A DNA stretch of 64,000 nucleotides from an uncultured Chloroflexota bacterium. GTDB taxonomy: Bacteria; Chloroflexota; UBA11872. Where the stretch lies: assembly GCA_964422795.1 (NCBI GenBank), contig CAYRCL010000002.1:50234-114233 (forward strand), written 5' to 3'. The notes under the pieces are model-generated. The model had not been told where the DNA came from. It worked only from the letters and a program-made list of their open reading frames with translations, and did not search any database. Positions within the stretch are counted from its first letter, which is position 1. Each line of letters begins with the position of its first letter. Below, piece after piece: positions 37,632 to 46,318 of the stretch. Made by a program: the position numbers and the translations under genes.

Positions 37632-38789
37632 ATGTCACGAGTGGTTCTCATGCGAACCTCACCGGATACGGTGTTGCCTGATATTGCCCGTGTGATGCGC
37701 GACGCTGATTATGACGCCACACTTGATCGCGCGGCACCGACTGCGCTCAAAATAAACGTCTCATGGCACCACTGGTACCCAGCATGTTCAACAACACCTT
37801 GGCAGTTGGACGGCGTGATTCAAACCTTGCTTGATGACGGTTACCGACGAGACCTCCTCTTTGCGGCGCACAATCGGACTGTAGTGGTCGATGCCCATGT
37901 TGGGGAACAGGCCAACAAGCACCGTCCTGTAGTCGACGCGTATGGACTGCGGAATATTCATCTGTATGAAGATGAAGACTGGGTTCGATATGAGCCGTCG
38001 GGCCGGACTCGAACGTTGCATGAGGTATATCCAGAGGGGGTTCGAATCCCGCGACGGCTTATGGGTTCAAATATCATTCATCTGCCAACGATGAAAACCC
38101 ACGTCTTCACGACCATAACGGGCGCGATGAAAAATGCGTTCGGTGGGCTGCTGTTCGAGAAGCGACATTATTGTCATGCCACGATTCACGAAACTCTTGT
38201 CGATCTTCTTATGATCCAGAAGGAAATTCACCCCGGTGTTTTTGCGGTGGTGGATGGGACATTCGTAGGCGATGGGCCAGGTCCCCGATGTATGGACGTT
38301 AAAGAACGAGGGCTGGTGTTGGCGGGTGCTGATCAAGTCGCTGTGGATGCGACGATTGCGTGCTTGATGGGTATTGATCCATTTGAAATTCCCTTCTTGA
38401 AAATGGCACATGAGGATGGGTTGGGGACGGCGGATGTACGTGAGATCGAGGTTGTTGGTGAGGACATCGAAGAAGTTCGATGGGATGTTGAGGCCCGACG
38501 CGAAACCTTCGCGAGCCGTGGTCAGAAATTGATCTATTGGGGACCGCTCAAGCGTCTTGAGAAAGTTTTGCTGCGAACGGCCATTGCTCCGTGGTCATAT
38601 GCCGCTTCGAGGCTCTATCACGACGTGTATTGGTACAACGTCATCGGTCGAGGTCGAGTTCGGGAAGCACTCGGTGGTGTGTGGGGCCAACTGTTCCAGA
38701 AATACCCATCTATTGGCCGCGAATTGCCGGATGTACCAGCGTTCAGCAGAGCAGTTTTGGAGTCATCGGAACAGAGGCGCTGTACCTGA
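37632..38789 (+). CDS. DUF362-domain protein
   Basis: 385 aa. Similarity to the DUF362 family (core block NVIHLPTMKTHVFTTITGAMKNAFG...DGTFVGDGPGP). No Fe-S Cys clusters. Confidence 0.45.
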   Translation: MSRVVLMRTSPDTVLPDIARVMRDADYDATLDRAAPTALKINVSWHHWYPACSTTPWQLDGVIQTLLDDGYRRDLLFAAHNRTVVVDAHVGEQANKHRPVVDAYGLRNIHLYEDEDWVRYEPSGRTRTLHEVYPEGVRIPRRLMGSNIIHLPTMKTHVFTTITGAMKNAFGGLLFEKRHYCHATIHETLVDLLMIQKEIHPGVFAVVDGTFVGDGPGPRCMDVKERGLVLAGADQVAVDATIACLMGIDPFEIPFLKMAHEDGLGTADVREIEVVGEDIEEVRWDVEARRETFASRGQKLIYWGPLKRLEKVLLRTAIAPWSYAASRLYHDVYWYNVIGRGRVREALGGVWGQLFQKYPSIGRELPDVPAFSRAVLESSEQRRCT

Positions 38790-38790
38790 T

Positions 38791-39963
38791 TCAACTGGTT
38801 AAAGGTGTTTGCTCCGGTGATGTGCTTGGATTGTTTACCACGGCACGTCGAACAGTGCCTGACGACTCCATGCGCGCGAGGGCTCGGGCGGACCAGTCAG
38901 TGGTCTGTTCTGAGTCGGTGATCCACTCCACATAGTCACGCACGATACTCTCGAGCGTACCTTCCGGTTCCCATCCCAAGGCTTTTAGACGTGCTGTGTC
39001 AGACCATACATGCCGGGTGTCACCAACCCGGTATCTCCCGCTTACATCCGGTTCAAAAGTAGAACCCAGAGCGTTGAGTATCGTTTCTGCGTACGCCTTC
39101 ACGGAGGTTTTTGTTCCGCTACCGACATTGAAGACTTGGCCTATAGCGTTGGGGTGGTCGAGTGCTATGAGAATCGCTGATACCGCATCGCGAATATGGG
39201 TGTAATCGCGAAGTTGATGACCGTCTTCAAAAACGACCGGTGCACGTCCGTGTTGAATGTGACCGACAAATGAACGAAGGACCCCTGAATAGGCATTGGC
39301 CGGACTTTGTCGCGGTCCTTGAATGATGCTGAATCTCAGTGCGGTGGTTGGTATGTCGTGACGAGATCCTATGGCGAGCGCATAGGATTCGCTTGCAAGC
39401 TTCGAGATTGCATAGGCATTCGTTGGTCCTACTGTTGTCTCGCTTGAGGCCGTGGGTTTGAGCGGGCCAGAGCAGATTTGACACTTCAAATCCCAGTGCC
39501 CGTGTGCGAGTTGTTTCGATGGTCGAGATGAAGGGTGTTGAAGACCGTGCGCTGCGCACTGGTAGGCGCCTTCACCGTAAACAGCCTGTGAACTTGCGAC
39601 GACGACTCGGTTGACTCGTTGACCCATTTCGACAAGTAACTGGTACAACAGCGCAGTTCCCACATCATTCACCCGGGCGAAGCGGCTGAAATCGGCCTGA
39701 TAGTCTTGATAGGCTGCGAGGTGGACAATAGCGTCAATGTGCGGAAGTGCCGCAAGCCAATCCTCGCGGTCCTCCACATCACCACGGATTCGCTTCGCGG
39801 TTGGGTGGAGATGAGTGGGCCACGCACGCTCCGGGTGGACGCGCCCTGCTAGATTGTCGAGGACTGAGACTTGATCACCGCGCGTGATCAAGGCGTCGAC
39901 TAGATGCGATCCGATGAATCCTGCTCCACCTGTGACAAGGATGTTCATAGGGCCGTCAGTCAA
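38791..39963 (-). CDS. NAD-dependent epimerase/dehydratase (extended SDR) with Cys/His-rich insertion and C-terminal extension
   Basis: N-terminal VTGGAGFIGSHL and catalytic YAISK. The about 40-aa insertion YQCAAHG...HGHWDLKCQIC lies between the substrate-binding Ser region and the YxxxK motif. 390 aa versus about 320 typical. Confidence 0.8.
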   Translation of the reverse strand: MTDGPMNILVTGGAGFIGSHLVDALITRGDQVSVLDNLAGRVHPERAWPTHLHPTAKRIRGDVEDREDWLAALPHIDAIVHLAAYQDYQADFSRFARVNDVGTALLYQLLVEMGQRVNRVVVASSQAVYGEGAYQCAAHGLQHPSSRPSKQLAHGHWDLKCQICSGPLKPTASSETTVGPTNAYAISKLASESYALAIGSRHDIPTTALRFSIIQGPRQSPANAYSGVLRSFVGHIQHGRAPVVFEDGHQLRDYTHIRDAVSAILIALDHPNAIGQVFNVGSGTKTSVKAYAETILNALGSTFEPDVSGRYRVGDTRHVWSDTARLKALGWEPEGTLESIVRDYVEWITDSEQTTDWSARALARMESSGTVRRAVVNNPSTSPEQTPLTS

Positions 39964-39983
39964 GACTTCGATGAACTGATCGA

Positions 39984-40961
39984 CTAGTCATGAATATTAA
40001 GGACCACCTTGCTTCCGCTCGGTTCAAACGCAATAGGGAGCTCCCGTAATGGATGTAACGCTGTGCGAACTGCGTCTTGTTTTGAGAGCGGTACGTATAG
40101 CAGCAAAAAACCACCACCACCAGCACCTGAAAGTTTTCCTCCCAAGGCACCGGCTGTACGGGCTTGTGTGTACAGTTCGTCGATGAATGAGTCGGATATG
40201 CCCTTGGCCAGCAGTTTCTTATGTTCCCACGCGATATCGAGCAAGTTGCCAAACTCATCGAGTCGGCCATTTGCAAGCAAATGCTGTGCTTCGTGCGCAC
40301 ATGTTTTGAGCCGGTCGAGTTCGGTCCGGTTTCGGTGTATGTGTGCTTGCTGATGTTGCAGGATGTCAGTTGAGGATCGCGTGCGGCCTGTAAAGAATAG
40401 AAGCAGGGACTGCTGAAGGCGAAGTAGCACCTTGGCTGGGGTGATCATTTTCTCTACACATACTTGATCATCCGGATGGAATTGAATTGTCCGGATGCCT
40501 CCATAGGCGGCGATGTATTGGTCTTGTTTTCCAATAGGTCTGTCGAGTGTGTCGATTTCGATGTGACAGGATTCCTCGGCTAGGGTTGGCGCATCGACCA
40601 ATCGATCTTGGTATGTGTGCAGTGCGTGCAGCAAACCTACGGTCACTGCGCTTGACGAGCCTAATCCTGTGCCACTACTTGGGACATCGGCTAGCGTTGT
40701 GATTTCCACACCCGTTTTGACACCAGTTATTCGCATCGATTCCCGTACGAGGTCGTGACGGATTTCATCAACGGCACCAACGATCTCCTTGGATGAATAG
40801 TTGATGTAAATGGCGTCATCAAATCGACGTTTCACTATCACGTACACATACTTGTCAATCGCTGTCGTGAGAACGGACCCACCAACTTGGCGATAGTAAT
40901 CGGAGAAGTCGGTGCCTCCGCCAAAGAAGCTGATTCGAAGCGGCGTCTGGGTAACGATCAA
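39984..40961 (-). CDS. GHMP-family sugar kinase, D-glycero-D-manno-heptose 7-phosphate kinase (HddA)-like
   Basis: 325 aa. N-terminal TPLRISFFGGGTD and GHMP motif PSSGTGLGSSSA. Adjacent to gmhA. Confidence 0.65.
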   Translation of the reverse strand: MIVTQTPLRISFFGGGTDFSDYYRQVGGSVLTTAIDKYVYVIVKRRFDDAIYINYSSKEIVGAVDEIRHDLVRESMRITGVKTGVEITTLADVPSSGTGLGSSSAVTVGLLHALHTYQDRLVDAPTLAEESCHIEIDTLDRPIGKQDQYIAAYGGIRTIQFHPDDQVCVEKMITPAKVLLRLQQSLLLFFTGRTRSSTDILQHQQAHIHRNRTELDRLKTCAHEAQHLLANGRLDEFGNLLDIAWEHKKLLAKGISDSFIDELYTQARTAGALGGKLSGAGGGGFLLLYVPLSKQDAVRTALHPLRELPIAFEPSGSKVVLNIHD

Positions 40962-41050
40962 GAGATTGGTGACGCCGGTCGATCGTGAAAGGTGACGTCG
41001 AGGCGTTTAGGTCGAGTTTTGCGAATGGCGAATGACATTTAGCGTGTTGG

Positions 41051-41659
41051 CTAGCTTCTGTCCAGGATCCCACACATATGAATCGTAATGGCATGGCCGA
41101 TAGCCAGATGTAGGTCCTCCGCAAGCTGTGGCGTTTCCGCGTTAATGGGAATGGCCACATCGGTTATCGCTGTCAACGCGGATGCGGGTGGAGCGAGTGC
41201 TAGTGAATGAATGCCTATCTCAGTAGCGACCTTTACTGCCGTGAGCAGGTTTGGTGACGCACCGCTCGTACTGAGCAGTATTAGTAGGTCCCCGCGTTGC
41301 CCTAGGTTTCGAATTTGTTCGGCGAACACATGGTCGAATGACACGTCGTTGGACCAAGCGGTGATCAACCCGACGTTGCCGGTTAACGCGATGGCTCTGA
41401 TTCGGAGTTTGCGGGTGGTGGCGGTTCCGATGGTCGTTTTGCAGAGATCGGTCGCAAGGTGGAGTGCTGTGTTCGCACTTCCGCCATTTCCAGCAATGAA
41501 GATAGTTCGATTTTCCCGCCAAGCGTTTTCTACGGCGGTAGCTGCGGGTCGAATGCTTGCCAATTCAATCTCTGATAGGAGCTGGCCCAGGGTTTTCAGA
41601 TGGTTGGCGAGCGGATCAGGTGACGACATTAGGACGGTTGGTACATGGAGAAATAGCAA
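41051..41659 (-). CDS. gmhA: Phosphoheptose (sedoheptulose-7-phosphate) isomerase, SIS domain
   Basis: 202 aa. SIS motifs (IFIAGNGGSA, LLILLSTSGAS). Confidence 0.7.
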   Translation of the reverse strand: MLFLHVPTVLMSSPDPLANHLKTLGQLLSEIELASIRPAATAVENAWRENRTIFIAGNGGSANTALHLATDLCKTTIGTATTRKLRIRAIALTGNVGLITAWSNDVSFDHVFAEQIRNLGQRGDLLILLSTSGASPNLLTAVKVATEIGIHSLALAPPASALTAITDVAIPINAETPQLAEDLHLAIGHAITIHMCGILDRS

Positions 41660-41719
41660 AAGCTACGAGCTTGTCGGTTCTATTAATCCCGAGGCTGTGA
41701 TGTTTGAGGGGCTGTCGTA

Positions 41720-42061
41720 TCAGGATGCGATTGGATGGTGGAAACACGAGAACTCGCCGGTGTGACAGGTCGGACCCTGCGGGGTGACCTTCAAGAGGAT
41801 CGCGTCGTCATCACAATCCGCTGTTATTGAGACGACATGGAGGAAGTTTCCCGACGTGGCGCCTTTGTGCCAAAGCTCCTGCCGGCTTCGGCTAAAGAAC
41901 CAAACGTGACCGGATGTAATTGTTCTGGAGACAGCCTCTTTGTTCATATAGCCCAGCATAAGTATGTCGCCCGTGTCAGTATTCTGGCAGATCGCGGGGA
42001 CAAGTCCGTTGGCGTCGAACGTAAGCTCTAAACAAGATGCTTCGTCAGGGATCTCGGTCAT
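41720..42061 (-). CDS. hisI: Phosphoribosyl-AMP cyclohydrolase
   Basis: 113 aa. HisI motifs (GLVPAICQ, WFFSRSRQELWHKGATSG, TADCDDDAILL). Confidence 0.85.
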   Translation of the reverse strand: MTEIPDEASCLELTFDANGLVPAICQNTDTGDILMLGYMNKEAVSRTITSGHVWFFSRSRQELWHKGATSGNFLHVVSITADCDDDAILLKVTPQGPTCHTGEFSCFHHPIAS

Positions 42062-42190
42062 TAGTACATTTATCCAGTGGTGTACGTGAGTGGATCGTCA
42101 TAGCCGGACACGATGCGCGGGTGACCGCGCAACTTGGAAACTCGATGATACTGTGCCGCGCACGTATTTGTTCACTGTCAAGCGAAGCTG

Positions 42191-43603
42191 TTACCAACCA
42201 AGCACGTTACGTGGGTTCACTGCCACACCATTAACTCGATGCTCGAAGTGTAGATGCGGTCCCGTCGTCCACCCGGTGAGGCCGATGAAACCGATTACTT
42301 GCCCGGCTTCGACAATCTGGCCGGGTTGCACGGGTGGTGGGGCCGTGGTGTCATCAAGGTGTGCATAGAGGGTTTCCTCATTCAGGCTGTGTGCGATCAC
42401 GACAATCATTCCGTAGGAAGCAGACGGATTGCCGGGCACGACTAAACCGGCTTGGAGCACAACGCCACGATTGGCTGCGACGACTGGTGACAGGAAGTCT
42501 GCAGCGATGTCCATTCCGACGTGCGGGCATTGACCGAATGTGCATCCGCCGAACTCAGTCGTGATGTAGCCGAATAACGGCCAAACATACGTGTCGCCTG
42601 CGAGCGGCACGTTGACGGGGACGGGCGGAGTTTGTGGCGCGTTATTCTGAGCTTCATTCCGGGCAGCTTCCGACTTCCGCCGTTCTTCTTCCGCGATCCT
42701 TAATGCTTCCTCTCGTTGCTTTCGAAGACGCTCTAGTTTTTCGAGTTGCTCAAGCTCTCGTTTCCGGATGTCACGGAGGACAGCGATCCGGTTGCCAACA
42801 ACAACAGCTTCTGCATTAAAGGCATCCATGTTTTCCTGTAGCGTTGCTTGCTCGCGCTGCTGGCCGAAAATTAGATCCTGTTGTTCCTCTGAGCGACGTC
42901 GAAGCTCGGATTCAATCGTTTCTGCTTCCACGCGTAACTCCTCCATTCGATCAAGCCGCGCGGTGAGGTCAACCGTGCGTAACTCGACAGTGCGACGACT
43001 TTGTCGGAGGGTGGCGATCTCGGCAAGATCTTGCGCTAGGGCTCGCTCTAGGGATGTGGCTCGTTCCAGCGCTTCAGAGAACGACGAGGAAGAGAGCACC
43101 GTTTCGAGCATACTCGTACGTCCGGCTTTGTATAGCGAGCGAACTCGCGCTGCAAGATTGGAGGTTTCACGTGCGAGCGCACGATTGAGGCGTTCAATAG
43201 ATGCAGTGATATCGAAGACCGCGAGTGATACGGTGTCGAGTTCTCGCTTGACTTCTCGCAGCTGTTCTACAGCGGTGTAGCGTTGGCGCTCAATAATCGC
43301 GAGTTGTTGCTGGAGTGCGCCTTCTCGGGCCATCGCGGCATCACGTAAGGCTTCTTCCTCCTTAGCAAGGCGTTCAAGTTCGACTTGCTGCTCCTCAGCC
43401 TTGGCGATCTCCTCCTCAGTGACTGCTGAAACAATGACTGGTGTTGATGCAACAAGGATTGTGCCCACGATGGCTGCACAAACCAACGCGCGCCCGAAAA
43501 CACTGCCTACTCCGAAGCGGGCTCGGGACGGGGTTTGGGAGTTGCCGTACGGGCTTGACACGTTGTGATGCTTAGCACGATTGGGGTACGGAGCTGGGCG
43601 CAC
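42191..43603 (-). CDS. M23-family peptidoglycan metalloendopeptidase with N-terminal membrane anchor and coiled coil (EnvC-like)
   Basis: 470 aa. Long Glu/Arg/Leu-rich coiled coil, then M23 motifs (HVGMDIA, HxH GPHLHFE). Confidence 0.75.
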   Translation of the reverse strand: MRPAPYPNRAKHHNVSSPYGNSQTPSRARFGVGSVFGRALVCAAIVGTILVASTPVIVSAVTEEEIAKAEEQQVELERLAKEEEALRDAAMAREGALQQQLAIIERQRYTAVEQLREVKRELDTVSLAVFDITASIERLNRALARETSNLAARVRSLYKAGRTSMLETVLSSSSFSEALERATSLERALAQDLAEIATLRQSRRTVELRTVDLTARLDRMEELRVEAETIESELRRRSEEQQDLIFGQQREQATLQENMDAFNAEAVVVGNRIAVLRDIRKRELEQLEKLERLRKQREEALRIAEEERRKSEAARNEAQNNAPQTPPVPVNVPLAGDTYVWPLFGYITTEFGGCTFGQCPHVGMDIAADFLSPVVAANRGVVLQAGLVVPGNPSASYGMIVVIAHSLNEETLYAHLDDTTAPPPVQPGQIVEAGQVIGFIGLTGWTTGPHLHFEHRVNGVAVNPRNVLGW

Positions 43604-43752
43604 TAAAGAGGGTGTTCCGATCTTACGATTCGTTCTGCGGACTGTGAACTCGTAGGCAAAAATATCATAGGCAATCGATATCGCGTGATGATGCTTCGCG
43701 GGTAGTTCAGCGTCTGGCTAGTATCATTAGTGAAATAGTTCACAAACTAAGA

Positions 43753-46167
43753 ATGTGTTCTCGCTCACGAACTGTTATCACGCTTTCTTCGGAAAGGGCT
43801 TCTGTGTTTGATCTAGTTGGTCGGTTGGTCGCTTCACCGCGTGGGGCGCTTGCAGTTGTCCTCGCGTGGCTAGTAGTTGGGGCGACTATATTTGTTTTGT
43901 CGCCCCCATTGGCTGAAGTCACAACCAGCAATCAAGACGATTTCTTGCCTTCGAACGCTGAGGCGACGACAGCCACCAAGCTTGTCCAGGAACGGTATCC
44001 CAGCACGGGTGGAACGCCGGCGATTCTGGTGTTTCACCGAGATGACGGGCTTACGGAAGATGACGCAGCAAGCATTGATAGAGCGACGGCTGCGCTCAAG
44101 GACAATTCGAGGCCCGAGCTGGTGGAGTCCGTGTTGGCAGTTGATGGGTCTCCACAGCTCGATGCTACGCTCCGAGCTCCTGATGGAAAGACCGTGATGA
44201 CGTTCGTCACAGTTGGCGGTTCGCCGGCGGCTCCTGAGTTCGGAGAAGCGGTTGAGTGGGTGGGTGATGCGGTCCGAGGCGCTGTCGCGGATAGTGGTTT
44301 AACGGTGGCGGTCACGGGACCAGCTGGAATCATCGCAGACGCAGTTCGGGTGTTTGCTGAGATCGACTTTCGAAGCACGTTGTTTACGGTGCTCTTGGTG
44401 CTGGTCCTGTTGTTGGTGATCTACCGATCTCCGGCGCTTGCCTTACTTCCACTAGTCGGGGTTGGGTGGACCTTGATTGTGGCGCAAGGTCTGGTAGCAA
44501 CGATGGCGGCTAACGCAGGTCTTTCGCTGAACGGTCAAGTGACGGCCCTTCTGTCGGTCTTGATGTTTGGCGCAGGGACCAACTTCACGTTATTTATTGT
44601 GTCTCGCTACCGGGAAGAATTACTCACCACGGCATCGCGATGGGATGCTATGCGATTAAGTGTCGCCCGTATCGGTCCGTCGATCACATCGAGTGCTGGG
44701 ACCACTCTTGCGGCCATGTTGGCGCTTGTGTTGGCCTCGCTCGGATCGTTTAGGGCGTTGGGTCCCTCATTATCAATTGCGATTGCGCTCATGCTGTTGT
44801 CAGGGCTCACGTTGATCCCTGCGCTTACGGTCTTACTTGGCCCAGTGGCGTTCTGGCCTCGTCGTGCCTCGGGCCGGGCTGGTGGGAACTCACGCCTATG
44901 GTCGGCTACCGCGGATGCCGTAGTGCGTCGGCCGATGGTCACGTTTGTGGCAACGATGGTTGTGTTGATCGTGATGTGTTTAGGTGTACCGACCTTAAAG
45001 CCAAACTTTAGCTTCCTCAGCGGATTTCCTGATGGTCTTAGTTCCAAGATTGGTGCCGGAATACTGGACGATAGTTTTGGGGCCGGGGAGCTTGCGCCGA
45101 CCAACGTATTTGTAACGCCGCCTGGCGGCGATGTTTATGAGGACTTGGTCGCGATTGAATCAATCAGCGCGGCTATTGCAGCGGTTCCAGGAGTTCAAAA
45201 GGTAAGCGGACCGTCTCGACCTGACGGAAAGTCTCCAGTGGTGCCGGTTGAGACATTACAAGCGGCTATCGGTAGCATCCCTGATGCGGCTAAGGAGGCC
45301 ATTTCTAGCGGTTCATTTGGCAGTGGTGCACCCGCCGCGGCAAGTTCGCGGGGGGGGCAGCCGGATCCGCAGATACTTGGCGTCTATGCAGCAGGACAGC
45401 GGTTCATCGCGCCCGACGGTGGTGTTGCACGATTGGACGTCGTGATGACTGATGATCCATATGGCGTGCCGGCGCTCGACCGGATCAACTTGATTCGACA
45501 GGCGGGGCGTCAGGCGGCAGTGAACGTCGGATTCTCAGAAGGTGCGGTTCTTGTGGGTGGAGTTACAGCTATCCAGGCTGATACTCGCGAGGCTGTTGAT
45601 CGTGATATAGGGATTATTGGTCCGATTGTCATCGCGTTGATATGGGTCATTCTCTTGGGATTGCTTCGGAGCCTGGTGGCCGCGACATATTTGTTGGGCA
45701 GCGTATTGATAAGTTTCCTTGCCACGCTTGGCATTAGCGTCGTTATTTTCCAGAACCTTATGGGTCATCCAGGAGTTGGCTATCAAAACGCGGTGTGGAT
45801 GTTCATTTTCTTGGCTGCATTTGGTGCGGACTACAACATTCTCATTATGAGTCGGATTAAGGAGGAAATTGCGAAGCGCGGGACTGTGGAGGGTACGCGT
45901 TTTGCGGTAGCTAGGACGGGGGGGGTTATTACGTCCGCAGGAATTATTCTCGCGGGAACCTTCTCGATTCTTGGGACTTTGCCGTTGCGCGACATAATGC
46001 AGTTGGGATTTGCTGTTGCTCTCGGAACACTGATTGACACCTTTGTGGTGCGCGCCTTGTTTGTGCCCAGCATCGTGATAGTGCTTAAGCGATGGAATTG
46101 GTGGCCATCCCGGCAACCCGAAATGCCTGCCGGCGAGCAGGTTTCTGACCTAACCGCTTCGAGTTAG
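43753..46167 (+). CDS. MMPL-family (RND superfamily) transporter
   Basis: 804 aa. Two blocks of about 6 TM helices separated by a periplasmic domain. Contains two G8 homopolymers (45350-45357, 45918-45925). Confidence 0.8.
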   Translation: MCSRSRTVITLSSERASVFDLVGRLVASPRGALAVVLAWLVVGATIFVLSPPLAEVTTSNQDDFLPSNAEATTATKLVQERYPSTGGTPAILVFHRDDGLTEDDAASIDRATAALKDNSRPELVESVLAVDGSPQLDATLRAPDGKTVMTFVTVGGSPAAPEFGEAVEWVGDAVRGAVADSGLTVAVTGPAGIIADAVRVFAEIDFRSTLFTVLLVLVLLLVIYRSPALALLPLVGVGWTLIVAQGLVATMAANAGLSLNGQVTALLSVLMFGAGTNFTLFIVSRYREELLTTASRWDAMRLSVARIGPSITSSAGTTLAAMLALVLASLGSFRALGPSLSIAIALMLLSGLTLIPALTVLLGPVAFWPRRASGRAGGNSRLWSATADAVVRRPMVTFVATMVVLIVMCLGVPTLKPNFSFLSGFPDGLSSKIGAGILDDSFGAGELAPTNVFVTPPGGDVYEDLVAIESISAAIAAVPGVQKVSGPSRPDGKSPVVPVETLQAAIGSIPDAAKEAISSGSFGSGAPAAASSRGGQPDPQILGVYAAGQRFIAPDGGVARLDVVMTDDPYGVPALDRINLIRQAGRQAAVNVGFSEGAVLVGGVTAIQADTREAVDRDIGIIGPIVIALIWVILLGLLRSLVAATYLLGSVLISFLATLGISVVIFQNLMGHPGVGYQNAVWMFIFLAAFGADYNILIMSRIKEEIAKRGTVEGTRFAVARTGGVITSAGIILAGTFSILGTLPLRDIMQLGFAVALGTLIDTFVVRALFVPSIVIVLKRWNWWPSRQPEMPAGEQVSDLTASS

Positions 46168-46318
46168 TACTGACATCACCGATCGGTAGAGGCCTGCTCA
46201 AATTGGTTTGAATCGAATGGGTTCGCTCGTTGGGATAACGGGGCATATTTCAAGCTGTAGTGGGGTAGAGCGATGGTGCGTTCAGGCAGATCTGGACTGG
46301 TGATGTCAATATCAACGA

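Noticed and set aside
42768-43280. 170-aa plus-strand Ser/Arg-rich ORF inside the M23 peptidase gene.
   Set aside because: Antisense to the coiled-coil-encoding region (complement of Glu/Leu/Arg codons gives Ser/Arg runs). Not a real gene.
44607-46116. Minus-strand ORFs of 165, 74, 193 and 80 aa (44607..45104, 45510..45734, 45535..46116, 45831..46073) overlapping the MMPL gene.
   Set aside because: All are embedded antisense to a well-supported MMPL CDS. They are Arg/Pro/Ser-rich with no motifs, i.e. shadow ORFs.
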